Positions 7,318 through 16,053 of a stretch of DNA of 18,676 nt are shown here, in pieces (positions within the stretch are counted from its first letter, which is position 1; each line of letters opens with the position of its first letter). Source of the stretch: Elusimicrobiota bacterium (lineage in GTDB: Bacteria; Elusimicrobiota; UBA8919); the NCBI GenBank assembly GCA_043816185.1, contig JBDRIG010000036.1, forward strand, positions 1 through 18,676. Reading direction: 5' to 3'. The notes under the pieces were generated by a model that was given only the letters and a program-made list of their open reading frames with translations, ran no database searches and had not been told where the DNA came from. A program made the position numbers and the translations under genes.

Positions 7318-9891
7318 CTACGGCCACTGAAAATTAACCGTTACCGTAGGCACAGAATTTGTTACATCTACGGTAGCCGTTTTTGTTGGCTGAATTTGAA
7401 TAGAATCCGTTGTTTGTTTTATATACCACGCTTTTACATTGTAAGTATATTCCTTGCAAACTGCAATTTCATATTTACCATCGTATGTAGAAATTGTGCT
7501 ATAATAAATTTCGTTGCCAGTCCTAAACGAAGAATCTATAACAGGCGGCGAATCAGCAGGCATGAAACCTGTTGTAGCAACAATAAGCACACCTGTTGCA
7601 ATATTGCCGCCGATGGCTGTATCGGAAACATCGCCTTCTATCTTTCCCCAAGAGGATGTGATGTTGAAATTTTTATTAATTTCCTGTTCACCTTGTAATA
7701 GATCAATAGGGTTTGTCCATCCGCCACTTAAAGTATACGAATCTGATTCATCTAACATAGGCACTACACTGCAACTACCCGTTCTTACCCCTTTTAACAT
7801 ATATGTCCCATCACTACCAGAGATAGTTTCTTTTTCAAAACCAGCTGTTTGATTAGTTACTCTTACAACAATATATGGTAACGGATCACCAACAATATTG
7901 TATGTGGTACCTGAAATCCAACCTGCTGGATAGATTGTAAAATCCACTTTTTTTGCTATACCCTGCGTTACTTCAGCCGACTCAGAATCTTCCGTCCAGT
8001 TTGTATCGTAATAATCGGGGTTTGCAACAACTGTATAAGAACCAACTGAAACAGATAAACTATATTCGCCGTTTGAATCGGTAATTGCAGAGGTACTCCA
8101 AGCATCAACCAATATTCCTTGAATCGGTATACCCACATCGCCACGTTTAACAACGCCTGAGATAGCCCCACCATTTGCAAGTGATGAAAGTATTGTTTCA
8201 TTTCTGTCTGTAGCTGGCCATGATGGCGAGGTAGTAGCGTTCGGAATTGCAGCACCAGTCACGTAATCTACTACTACATTTGACACGTCTTTAGAATAAT
8301 TTGCAGAGGTGATAAGTATGGTCCAAGTACCTGTTGCTGTATTTATCGAAAAATAGGCATTTCTTGAATTTGCTTCCATGATCGCAATTACGGACGATGA
8401 AAGCCCATCATCGCATGAAACAATTGCACCATGAGCAGGAGTGCCCGAAACGACAGTTTTTGATATTGATACATTGTGCGGTATTCCTAATTGCTCATAT
8501 CCAAAATCTGTATTATTATCGTTTGAATCATATCCATTTCCATAATTTACCAAATCACAACTTGTGGGCGACACTCCTTCTTTGTAACTATATCTCATAA
8601 GTATATGGTTAGGCGCAAGTCCATATGTCAGATTTTTACCATCGCCCTCAACCGCCTTTGACGGTGGATTCTTGACAGAAGGTGGAGAACTTTTTCCCCA
8701 GGCGACTGAATCAATTTTATTGCTTGTTAAAGATGTGGAAAGGACAATACCACCAGCAACATTGCTCTCAATATAGCTCTCGCAAGAAGAGCTATAATAA
8801 GCATCGGCAGTGTAATTGGTACCCGAACCAAGAATTATGGTTCCAGTATTTGCGATTAAAAAATAACAAGAAGGCGGGATTTCTGTTGTCAACCAAGTTA
8901 TAGGCAAAATTTTCGATCTCCCAATATTAATACTATTGTTATCTTCGTCAATATAATAAATCGTGCAAGCACTAATAAGCCAACTCCATGTTGTAGGATT
9001 AAAAAGTTCCACCCATTCTTGCGAACCTGGCCCTCCGCTGGGAGAAGTACTTGCACAGACCTCACTTATTACAGGGTGAGTATTTATAACCACATACCCT
9101 GTGACTGGACTGGTAAGTTTTTTTTGAAGTTGGAAATCCTTATTGGCAGAAACTATTATATCGCCTGAAGTTGACGGCCAATAATCATTTCTTGAAACAC
9201 GAAGATTGATAGTTGCGGGTGCGGTAGTTTTGATTAAATAATATCCATCAGCATTTGTCAAAGACGACCAGTTCGGACACTGCGTAACCTCTACGGTTGC
9301 ATTTGCAATTGCAACCGTAGGTACTGTGGTTGTTGTAATAGTTCCATAGACCTCACCATCACGTTTTTCTCTGTCTGGATCGTCTCTAAAATTATACAAT
9401 ACAAGTGTTTTAGATCCATCTAATGTAGTCCATTTTATTTCTATTTTTATTTTTTTGATACCTTCATCAGTAGCGGTTGGTGACATTGTGGATATTTCAG
9501 TTCCTGATTCGCACGCCTTCCATACTGTTACATATCTTGTAAAATCAATATTATTGACCATCAATTTTTCAGACGGATAGTATGTATTATCATACGTATA
9601 ATTTATAAGATCGTTTTCAGAAGTAGGTATGAGCCGAGAATAAGTGATATTTTTTAATGCGTTTATTTTTTCCTGTGCTAAATTGTTCGCAATAGTTTTG
9701 GTTTTACTGACGATAATACTCCTACCAATAGCTGAAAAAGTGCTTATTGCACATAAAACGATTACACTCATTATTAGCAGAGCAACCAATAAGTCGACTT
9801 GACTAAAACCAGCGAATAAGCGGGTAGGTGAATAAGTAAATAAGAAAAATCGTATCTGCTTAACTGCCGACTTTACGTTGATAAATTTCAT
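7318..9891 (-). CDS. Large prepilin-type (type IV pilin-like N-terminus) surface protein with lamin-tail and carboxypeptidase regulatory-like beta domains
   Basis: G|FSQVDLLVALLI cleavage-like motif followed by a hydrophobic helix and a PilV-like ANNLAQEKI segment. HPVISEV...EWVELFNP fits a lamin-tail domain. Repeated ISG.V...TD.NG.Y.L modules. Confidence 0.75.
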   Translation of the reverse strand: MKFINVKSAVKQIRFFLFTYSPTRLFAGFSQVDLLVALLIMSVIVLCAISTFSAIGRSIIVSKTKTIANNLAQEKINALKNITYSRLIPTSENDLINYTYDNTYYPSEKLMVNNIDFTRYVTVWKACESGTEISTMSPTATDEGIKKIKIEIKWTTLDGSKTLVLYNFRDDPDREKRDGEVYGTITTTTVPTVAIANATVEVTQCPNWSSLTNADGYYLIKTTAPATINLRVSRNDYWPSTSGDIIVSANKDFQLQKKLTSPVTGYVVINTHPVISEVCASTSPSGGPGSQEWVELFNPTTWSWLISACTIYYIDEDNNSINIGRSKILPITWLTTEIPPSCYFLIANTGTIILGSGTNYTADAYYSSSCESYIESNVAGGIVLSTSLTSNKIDSVAWGKSSPPSVKNPPSKAVEGDGKNLTYGLAPNHILMRYSYKEGVSPTSCDLVNYGNGYDSNDNNTDFGYEQLGIPHNVSISKTVVSGTPAHGAIVSCDDGLSSSVIAIMEANSRNAYFSINTATGTWTILITSANYSKDVSNVVVDYVTGAAIPNATTSPSWPATDRNETILSSLANGGAISGVVKRGDVGIPIQGILVDAWSTSAITDSNGEYSLSVSVGSYTVVANPDYYDTNWTEDSESAEVTQGIAKKVDFTIYPAGWISGTTYNIVGDPLPYIVVRVTNQTAGFEKETISGSDGTYMLKGVRTGSCSVVPMLDESDSYTLSGGWTNPIDLLQGEQEINKNFNITSSWGKIEGDVSDTAIGGNIATGVLIVATTGFMPADSPPVIDSSFRTGNEIYYSTISTYDGKYEIAVCKEYTYNVKAWYIKQTTDSIQIQPTKTATVDVTNSVPTVTVNFQWP

Positions 9892-9962
9892 AGTTGTTCC
9901 CTTCGCGATAAAGACAAGTCATAGTTGAACAGAACGGCAAGAAGTAAGAAACAAGAAACATC

Positions 9963-10116
9963 GTCATTCAGACTGTGTCGCAATCCATCTTTTATTATCT
10001 AGTGTTGGATTGCAGTACCATATTTTACCATCAGTTGCTATCTTCTATAAAAATGCAACTTTTTAGCTCATTGCGACACAGTCTGATTGCGAGGAATGAA
10101 ATGACGAAGCAATCTC
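9963..10116. repeat. REP-like element GTCATTGCGAGGAATGAAATGACGAAGCAATCTC interrupted by element C
   Basis: Removing 9969..10085 and one ATT restores an intact 34-bp GTCATTGC...GCAATCTC element. Confidence 0.75.
9969..10085 (+). mobile_element. Repeat family C copy 3 (117-bp MITE, perfect 16-bp TIRs, ATT target duplication)
   Basis: CAGACTGTGTCGCAAT / ATTGCGACACAGTCTG, flanked by ATT at 9966..9968 and 10086..10088. Near-identical to copy 2. Confidence 0.9.
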
Positions 10117-10161
10117 TGTTCGCCTGCCGCTCTATCCAATTTACCCACTAACCTATCGTCG

Positions 10162-12054
10162 TTATCGCCACGGATACCATTTTCTTTCTTTCTCCATTTC
10201 TAATGTGTCTGATTTTTTGTTAATAATATCTGGCTTTGTTTGTATCTTAAACCAAAATTCACGGCAATTTTTATCGCCAGATTCAATCGGTATTCTATCA
10301 AGATATAAAAAATTTACTTCCCAACAATGAAGATCACGATAAACATTTATTACTCTTTCATAATAACTGCAATTTTGTAAATTGTTTTTGTAATCAGTAA
10401 AATCGTAACTAAAAGACGACTGCATTTTGTAGGCAATCTGCCAATTTGTAGTAGGCCTAAATCCAACCTCTGTAAAAAGCATTAAACGATTTGGCGTAAG
10501 ACGCTCATAAGAAATTCCATTTTTTAAGTATGATGTTTTTTTTATTTTTATGCTTGAATCCAGCACGATGGAATTTGGTTTTTTGTAAGAAACATTGTAA
10601 TTATTTTTATAATAAATATTTAAAAATTTGTACGGATTATAATCAATTTCAGAAATAATACCGTCGAACCGTTTTGAAAAATTTATGATTTTCTCGCCAA
10701 TCTTGCGACGGATATCAAGCCCTGTCCAAACACGCATTGTTAATTTATCGAGGTAGATCGATTGTGCTGTCTTCAATTTATCTACAATAACACCCCGATA
10801 ATCATCATGCTTTTTATCTGGTTGCTGCTCAAAATAATAGCTAAATTGGTGATTGAAAAAATTCAACGAACGGATATTAAGATTGAGGGTAGTATTGTAC
10901 GTCCATCTGTAAACATCGTCCCTGCTTGGATAAGTAATATTTTCATCTTTATCCGAGTAGTCCTGCCAATATGTTTTTATGCCCACCTCAGATGTAAGTG
11001 TTATTTTTTTTGTAATTCTATATGGACTTGTAAGTTTTATTGAAGTATTTGCATTTGTTTTATAAAAATTTTCTTCACCATTGTGTATTTCCGATGAGCG
11101 CAACCATGCCCTTTCACCATCGATAGAAAATTTGTAATAAAGCGGAAATTTTCTTATTTTTATTTGGTTGGTCGTGTACGATATGGAAGGAACAATTGCC
11201 TTATCTACTAGATATTTACCGTTATCGGTATTAAAAATATCATTGCGTGAAAACAAAATTCTTGTGGTTGAAACACCTGTATTTCTTGTGAGAGTAACAG
11301 AAGAATTCACGTCGCGATAAATTCTTATCCAGTCGCGTGTGTGATAACCATTAAACGATTCGTCACTTGCAAAATTTGAATTTATCCGCAGTGACAATGT
11401 ATTTGTAAGGTTTTGTAAATGATAAATGCGGGCATTCCATCGAATTGTTTTGGTGTTATGCTCTTTAATCCGATAACCATATACGGAACCCTGCATCTTG
11501 TTGTCGACGCTATAAATCTCTTCAAATCCATAGCCAAATCCCTTGTAAGAATAATAGTCAAGATAAACTTTACTAAAAAAATGGTTTGTTGGCGAGGAAA
11601 AGCGATAACCGACAAAACCTTTTGAAAAATAACCTTCACTTTTATTATAACCTGGTCTGAAATCAATTTTCAGTTTTTTTTCCTGATGTGATTTGTAGTA
11701 ATAATATGGAAAAACTGCTAAAGGAACGTCGCCAACGTAAAAAAATACATTTCTTATGCTAATTTTTTTTTCCACAATATGAACATTTTTTGCATAATAA
11801 TGATAATGTGGATGTTCACAATTACAGGTTGTAAAAAAACATTTGTCGAGAGAAACATTTTTTTTTGCAATATCAGCAGTAGCTTTTTCACAATTTAAAA
11901 AAACATCGTCTATTTTTAATTTTACATTGCCCGTAAAAACAACATTATCGTTTAATTTGTCATATACCATTTTGTCTGATGTAATATCAATTTCTTGTTC
12001 ACAAAAAAGAAAGGATGGTAAAGAAATAAAAAAAAATAAGGTAAGTAATTTCAT
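10162..12054 (-). CDS. lptD: LPS-assembly protein LptD-like outer-membrane beta-barrel
   Basis: N-terminal OstA-like jellyroll (ITSD.M.YD...FTGNV), FTTC...PHY motif, aromatic-rich barrel and C-terminal YRDLHCWE. Start uncertain: ORF is open to 12180, but the ATG at 12054 gives a signal-peptide-like MKLLTLFFF. Confidence 0.8.
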   Translation of the reverse strand: MKLLTLFFFISLPSFLFCEQEIDITSDKMVYDKLNDNVVFTGNVKLKIDDVFLNCEKATADIAKKNVSLDKCFFTTCNCEHPHYHYYAKNVHIVEKKISIRNVFFYVGDVPLAVFPYYYYKSHQEKKLKIDFRPGYNKSEGYFSKGFVGYRFSSPTNHFFSKVYLDYYSYKGFGYGFEEIYSVDNKMQGSVYGYRIKEHNTKTIRWNARIYHLQNLTNTLSLRINSNFASDESFNGYHTRDWIRIYRDVNSSVTLTRNTGVSTTRILFSRNDIFNTDNGKYLVDKAIVPSISYTTNQIKIRKFPLYYKFSIDGERAWLRSSEIHNGEENFYKTNANTSIKLTSPYRITKKITLTSEVGIKTYWQDYSDKDENITYPSRDDVYRWTYNTTLNLNIRSLNFFNHQFSYYFEQQPDKKHDDYRGVIVDKLKTAQSIYLDKLTMRVWTGLDIRRKIGEKIINFSKRFDGIISEIDYNPYKFLNIYYKNNYNVSYKKPNSIVLDSSIKIKKTSYLKNGISYERLTPNRLMLFTEVGFRPTTNWQIAYKMQSSFSYDFTDYKNNLQNCSYYERVINVYRDLHCWEVNFLYLDRIPIESGDKNCREFWFKIQTKPDIINKKSDTLEMEKERKWYPWR

Positions 12055-12182
12055 TGCAAGGATTATAACGATAAAATCAGCAGTATTAGCGACACCATTT
12101 CTCATCGCTGTAATCGTCTTTTTTATCGCTGTAATCAACATTGTATTATTTAATAGATTGTTCGGTCTCCGACACAACAAAA

Positions 12183-13613
12183 CTATCTTTCTAAATTTTT
12201 TATATACTCATCAATCGCGTAAGCAGAACGTTTGCCAGCACCCATCGCATCGATTACGGTTGAGGCACCTGTTGCAATATCACCACCTGCAAAAATTCCA
12301 TGAATATTAGTGGCACCTGTTTTTTCGTCGGTAATTATATTACCATATTTACCGACTTGAAGACCGTGAACTGTTTTAGGAAGGAGTGGATTTGGATTTT
12401 GTCCGATAGCCATTATAACTGTGTCAATATCAAATTTGAATTCAGAACCATTTATTGGAACAGGTCTTCTTCTACCCGACGCATCGGGCTCACCTAATTC
12501 CATTTTTAAACATTCCATTTTTACAATATTGTTGTTTTCATCACCAATAAATTTTACAGGTGCTGTAAGCAAATAAAATTTTATTCCTTCTTCTTTTGCA
12601 TTTTCAATTTCTTCTAATCGTGCAGGCATTTCCTTCTCTGTCCGACGATAAACAACTATTACTTCATCTGCACCGAGGCGTAATGAAACTCTTGCAGAGT
12701 CCATTGCAACATTCCCAGCACCTATAACAGCAATCCTTTTGCCAATATTAATTGGCGTGTCATATTCTGGAAATTTGTATGCCTTCATAAGATTTACCCT
12801 CGTCAAAAACTCATTTGCAGAATAAACCTTGTTAAGATTTTCGCCAGGAATAGACAAAAATTGTGGAAGTCCCGCGCCTGTTCCGATAAAAACTGCCTTA
12901 TAGCCCTCATCAAAAAGTTCTTGAACTGTTTTTGTTTTTCCCACCAGCACATTGGTTTTTATATCTACTCCCAATGATTTTATATAATCAATTTCAATTT
13001 CAACAATCTTTTTTGGGAGACGAAATTCGGGAATACCATAAATCAGTACGCCACCTGTTTTATGTAGTGATTCGAATATCGTAACTTCGTAACCCATCTT
13101 TGCTAAATCTGCACCGCAGGTAAGTCCTGCTGGGCCAGAACCGATGACAGCAACTTTAGTGGAAGGTGAAGTGGAAAGCGAAAAATTTTCTGTTTTTCGT
13201 TTCTCTGACTCTTGATTCTCGATCCCTAATCCCTGATTTTCTATTTCCCAATCCGCTATAAACCTTTCCAGCCGACCAATTGCTACTGACTCACCTTTTT
13301 TTGCAAGCACACATTTTATTTCACACTGTGTTTCTTGTGGACAAACACGACCACAAATCGCAGGAAGATTATTTTTATTTTTAACAATCTTTACTGCGTC
13401 TATGAAATTTCTTTCTGAAATCTTTTTGATAAAATTAGGAATGTCTAATTCGACAGGGCAACCTTCAGTGCAGGTAGGTTTTTTGCATTGAATACATCTT
13501 TTTGCTTCAAGAATTGCTTGTTCTTCAGAATAACCAAGCGCGACGGAAGAAAAATTTTTTTTTCTTTCTTCTGCGTTTTGAACGGGCATTTTTTGACGAG
13601 GAATTTTTTCCAT
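12183..13613 (-). CDS. gltA: NADPH-dependent glutamate synthase small-chain-like Fe-S flavoprotein (GltD/SudA/NfnB type)
   Basis: RCIQC...C..GCP, ICGRVCPQETQCE..C, two Rossmann motifs (VIGSGPAG, VIGAGNVAMD), YGIPEFRLP and FAGGD. Confidence 0.9.
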   Translation of the reverse strand: MEKIPRQKMPVQNAEERKKNFSSVALGYSEEQAILEAKRCIQCKKPTCTEGCPVELDIPNFIKKISERNFIDAVKIVKNKNNLPAICGRVCPQETQCEIKCVLAKKGESVAIGRLERFIADWEIENQGLGIENQESEKRKTENFSLSTSPSTKVAVIGSGPAGLTCGADLAKMGYEVTIFESLHKTGGVLIYGIPEFRLPKKIVEIEIDYIKSLGVDIKTNVLVGKTKTVQELFDEGYKAVFIGTGAGLPQFLSIPGENLNKVYSANEFLTRVNLMKAYKFPEYDTPINIGKRIAVIGAGNVAMDSARVSLRLGADEVIVVYRRTEKEMPARLEEIENAKEEGIKFYLLTAPVKFIGDENNNIVKMECLKMELGEPDASGRRRPVPINGSEFKFDIDTVIMAIGQNPNPLLPKTVHGLQVGKYGNIITDEKTGATNIHGIFAGGDIATGASTVIDAMGAGKRSAYAIDEYIKNLER

Positions 13614-13749
13614 TTTTTTAATTACAAATTACGCAAAATTGAGACACCTGTCTATTGTCAGCAATCTAGAAGAATATAAGATTTTGTGCGGTTGATATGC
13701 TGTTCTGATATGCTTATGTGTTAGATAACATTTATATACCCTAAAAACT

Positions 13750-14445
13750 CTAAAAAAGTTTTCCTGCCTGTATAAAAAAATACTGTGATAAAAGAAATAA
13801 AAAAATTCCAAATATCTTTTTTACTTTTCGTGACAATACTCCCGATTTAAGAATTGCATTTACGACACCCGTGAAAGTCCCTGCAACAATTATAAGAGTG
13901 CCTAATCCAATCGCATATGTGAAAAGAAGCGTTGTACCGAAAAGTAAATTTTGCTTCGTAGCAACATATGCTAAAATAATGCCAAGAACTGCCACAGTGC
14001 AAGGTGCCGTTACAATCCCAGAAACAAGTCCGAGCACAAAAATAAGAAGAAGCCCTTTTAATTTTATTTTTGGTGAATTAAAAACAGGGATCGGTATGTT
14101 TAACACACCAATAAACCAAAGAGCCATTATTAAAATAACATTTCCAATAAAAATATAACTCCATGGATTCGATTGAATATTACCAAAGAGCATTCCACTA
14201 AGTGATGCAAAAACTCCAAGTATCGTAAATGTTACGGCCATTCCTACCACATAAACAAGTGAAATAAAAAAAGCATAAAAACGAGATTTTACCTGCAAGG
14301 CACCAATGTAGCCAACGATTATTGGTATTACAGGAAAAATGCACGGAGTAAAACCTGTAATTATTCCGGCGAGTAAAACAAAAAGATACGTTAGAGGATT
14401 CCTACCAGAAAGATTTTCGGAAACAATATTTATCAAATAATCCAT
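13750..14445 (-). CDS. ccdA: Cytochrome c biogenesis CcdA / DsbD transmembrane-domain protein
   Basis: Two conserved PC motifs (FTPCIFPVIP, TAPCT) in a polytopic membrane protein. Overlaps the upstream thioredoxin gene. Confidence 0.88.
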   Translation of the reverse strand: MDYLINIVSENLSGRNPLTYLFVLLAGIITGFTPCIFPVIPIIVGYIGALQVKSRFYAFFISLVYVVGMAVTFTILGVFASLSGMLFGNIQSNPWSYIFIGNVILIMALWFIGVLNIPIPVFNSPKIKLKGLLLIFVLGLVSGIVTAPCTVAVLGIILAYVATKQNLLFGTTLLFTYAIGLGTLIIVAGTFTGVVNAILKSGVLSRKVKKIFGIFLFLLSQYFFIQAGKLF

Positions 14446-14702
14446 TTTTTTATCGCTTGCTCTATTTTTTCTTTTGAGATAGAACCACTGAAACGCATTA
14501 TCTCTTTATCGTCATTAAAAAAAATAATGGTTGGAATATTCATCACACCATTATCAACTGCTTTCTGACTATTATCTGTAATATCAATAATTTCGCTCTT
14601 TATTTTACCACAATATAACCCAACTATCGACTTATGGATAGATTCGACCTGACCACAGAGTGAACAGGATTTACTTTTGAATAAAATTAATGATATAGCC
14701 AC
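14433..14702 (-). CDS. Small thioredoxin-family protein
   Basis: CSLC CxxC motif, GVMNIPTIIFF cis-Pro motif, RFSG. GTG start. Confidence 0.85.
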   Translation of the reverse strand: MAISLILFKSKSCSLCGQVESIHKSIVGLYCGKIKSEIIDITDNSQKAVDNGVMNIPTIIFFNDDKEIMRFSGSISKEKIEQAIKKWII

Positions 14703-14795
14703 AATAAATTTTAATTTAGTTTTTGTTAATTTCTCCCCTCATCCAATAGAGTTTTTTTAGATGATAGAAAAGTTTTTTTGGATAACAAAAACTAT

Positions 14796-15914
14796 CTACA
14801 AACCTTTTTCGTAAATACGATATTTTTTATAAAGCACACCGCCCATCGCTTTTATACCGTCGTTGATAAGATTATTATCTTCGAGTGTCCACGAAAGTTC
14901 GCCACCGTCTAAATAACCATATTTCCGACATGATTGCAACATCTCATGATAAAGTACCGCATCAAATCCTCTTCCCCTGTATTCTTTTTTTACGCCCAAA
15001 GCCATCAGTCGTATAAATTTTATTTTTCTTTTCCAATATAGAAATTTGATTATTTCAATTGGGCCCATTTTTCCATTTAATTTTTTCAGAACAAAATTAT
15101 AGTCGGGAATGGCGAGGGTTGCGGCTACAGGTACACCGTTAATTTCCAAAAAATGAAAAATTCTTGGGTCAACCGACGGTTTTAAACCATCAGCCATAAA
15201 ATCAATTTCCTCATCGGTTAAAGGCACAAAACCCCAGTTTTTTTCCCACGCGGAATTATAGATGTCCTTAAAATATTGAACATCTCTTTGGAAATTTTTC
15301 ATATCAAGGTTGCGAACTTTTATATTTTCTCTTTTTTTTACCATTTCAACTATTCTGGCGATTCGTGGTGAAACATCGTCGCGTGCAGAGCGAATCCACG
15401 CATATAAATCTTTTGCTTTTGTAAAACCGGATTTTTCAATCAAATCCATATAATATGGTGGGTTATACGTCATCATAATTACCGGTGGCGAATCAAATCC
15501 CTCAATCAAAAGTCCATATTCGTCGTTTGCAGAAGGATTCGCCGGACCTTTTATTGTTTCTATTCCCTCAAATTTCAAAAATTTTTTCACCTCATCTAAA
15601 AGCAAGTTTGCAACAACCACATCATTTATACAATCAAAAAAACCGAAAAATCCGCATTTCTCGTTGTGAATCTTTATGTGATTTTGGTCAATTATCGCAG
15701 CACAGCGACCAACTATTTTTCCATTATCTTCGGCAAGAAATATTTTTATTTTTGCGTGTTTCCAGAAAGGATTTTTTGTCGACAGCATTTTTTTCGCATC
15801 TGATATTAAAGGTGGGACCCAAAATTTTTCGTAAACAGAACCTTTGTATAATTGAAAGGGGAATTTTACAAACTCATCTAACTTCTCAGGCAAATCATAA
15901 CTTTTTATTTTCAT
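14796..15914 (-). CDS. GNAT-fold acyltransferase of the YghO / bacterial ceramide synthase (bCerS)-like family
   Basis: GFFGFFDC.ND, GP.NPS.N.E.GLLIEGF, YNPPYY, NWGFVP, GVKKEYRGRG and ELSW.LEDN motifs. Start is either the ATG at 15914 or the GTG at 15923. Confidence 0.8.
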   Translation of the reverse strand: MKIKSYDLPEKLDEFVKFPFQLYKGSVYEKFWVPPLISDAKKMLSTKNPFWKHAKIKIFLAEDNGKIVGRCAAIIDQNHIKIHNEKCGFFGFFDCINDVVVANLLLDEVKKFLKFEGIETIKGPANPSANDEYGLLIEGFDSPPVIMMTYNPPYYMDLIEKSGFTKAKDLYAWIRSARDDVSPRIARIVEMVKKRENIKVRNLDMKNFQRDVQYFKDIYNSAWEKNWGFVPLTDEEIDFMADGLKPSVDPRIFHFLEINGVPVAATLAIPDYNFVLKKLNGKMGPIEIIKFLYWKRKIKFIRLMALGVKKEYRGRGFDAVLYHEMLQSCRKYGYLDGGELSWTLEDNNLINDGIKAMGGVLYKKYRIYEKGL

Positions 15915-15934
15915 AAATATCACGGATGGGCTAT

Positions 15935-15987
15935 GAGTTCATAGTGCACAGTGCGTTTTTGCACTACGCTTCACGAACTCTGAACTA
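15935..15987. repeat. Inverted arrays of degenerate 7-bp repeats (hairpin)
   Basis: GAGTTCA TAGTGCA CAGTGCG on the left and TGCACTA CGCTTCA CGAACTC TGAACTA on the right. Confidence 0.5.
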
Positions 15988-16053
15988 TTCGTGCGTTTTT
16001 ACTATAATTCTTACCTATACAAAAGTTTATCTATTTTTCTTATCTGTTACGTG

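Noticed and set aside
4798..7320. tRNA-anchored integrative element or prophage
   Set aside because: No integrase and no duplicated tRNA end found. The accessory gene lies on the 5' side of the tRNA.
13629..13811. 60-aa ORF as a remnant partner subunit of the GltD-like gene
   Set aside because: It overlaps ccdA out of frame and has no FAD or 2Fe-2S motifs.
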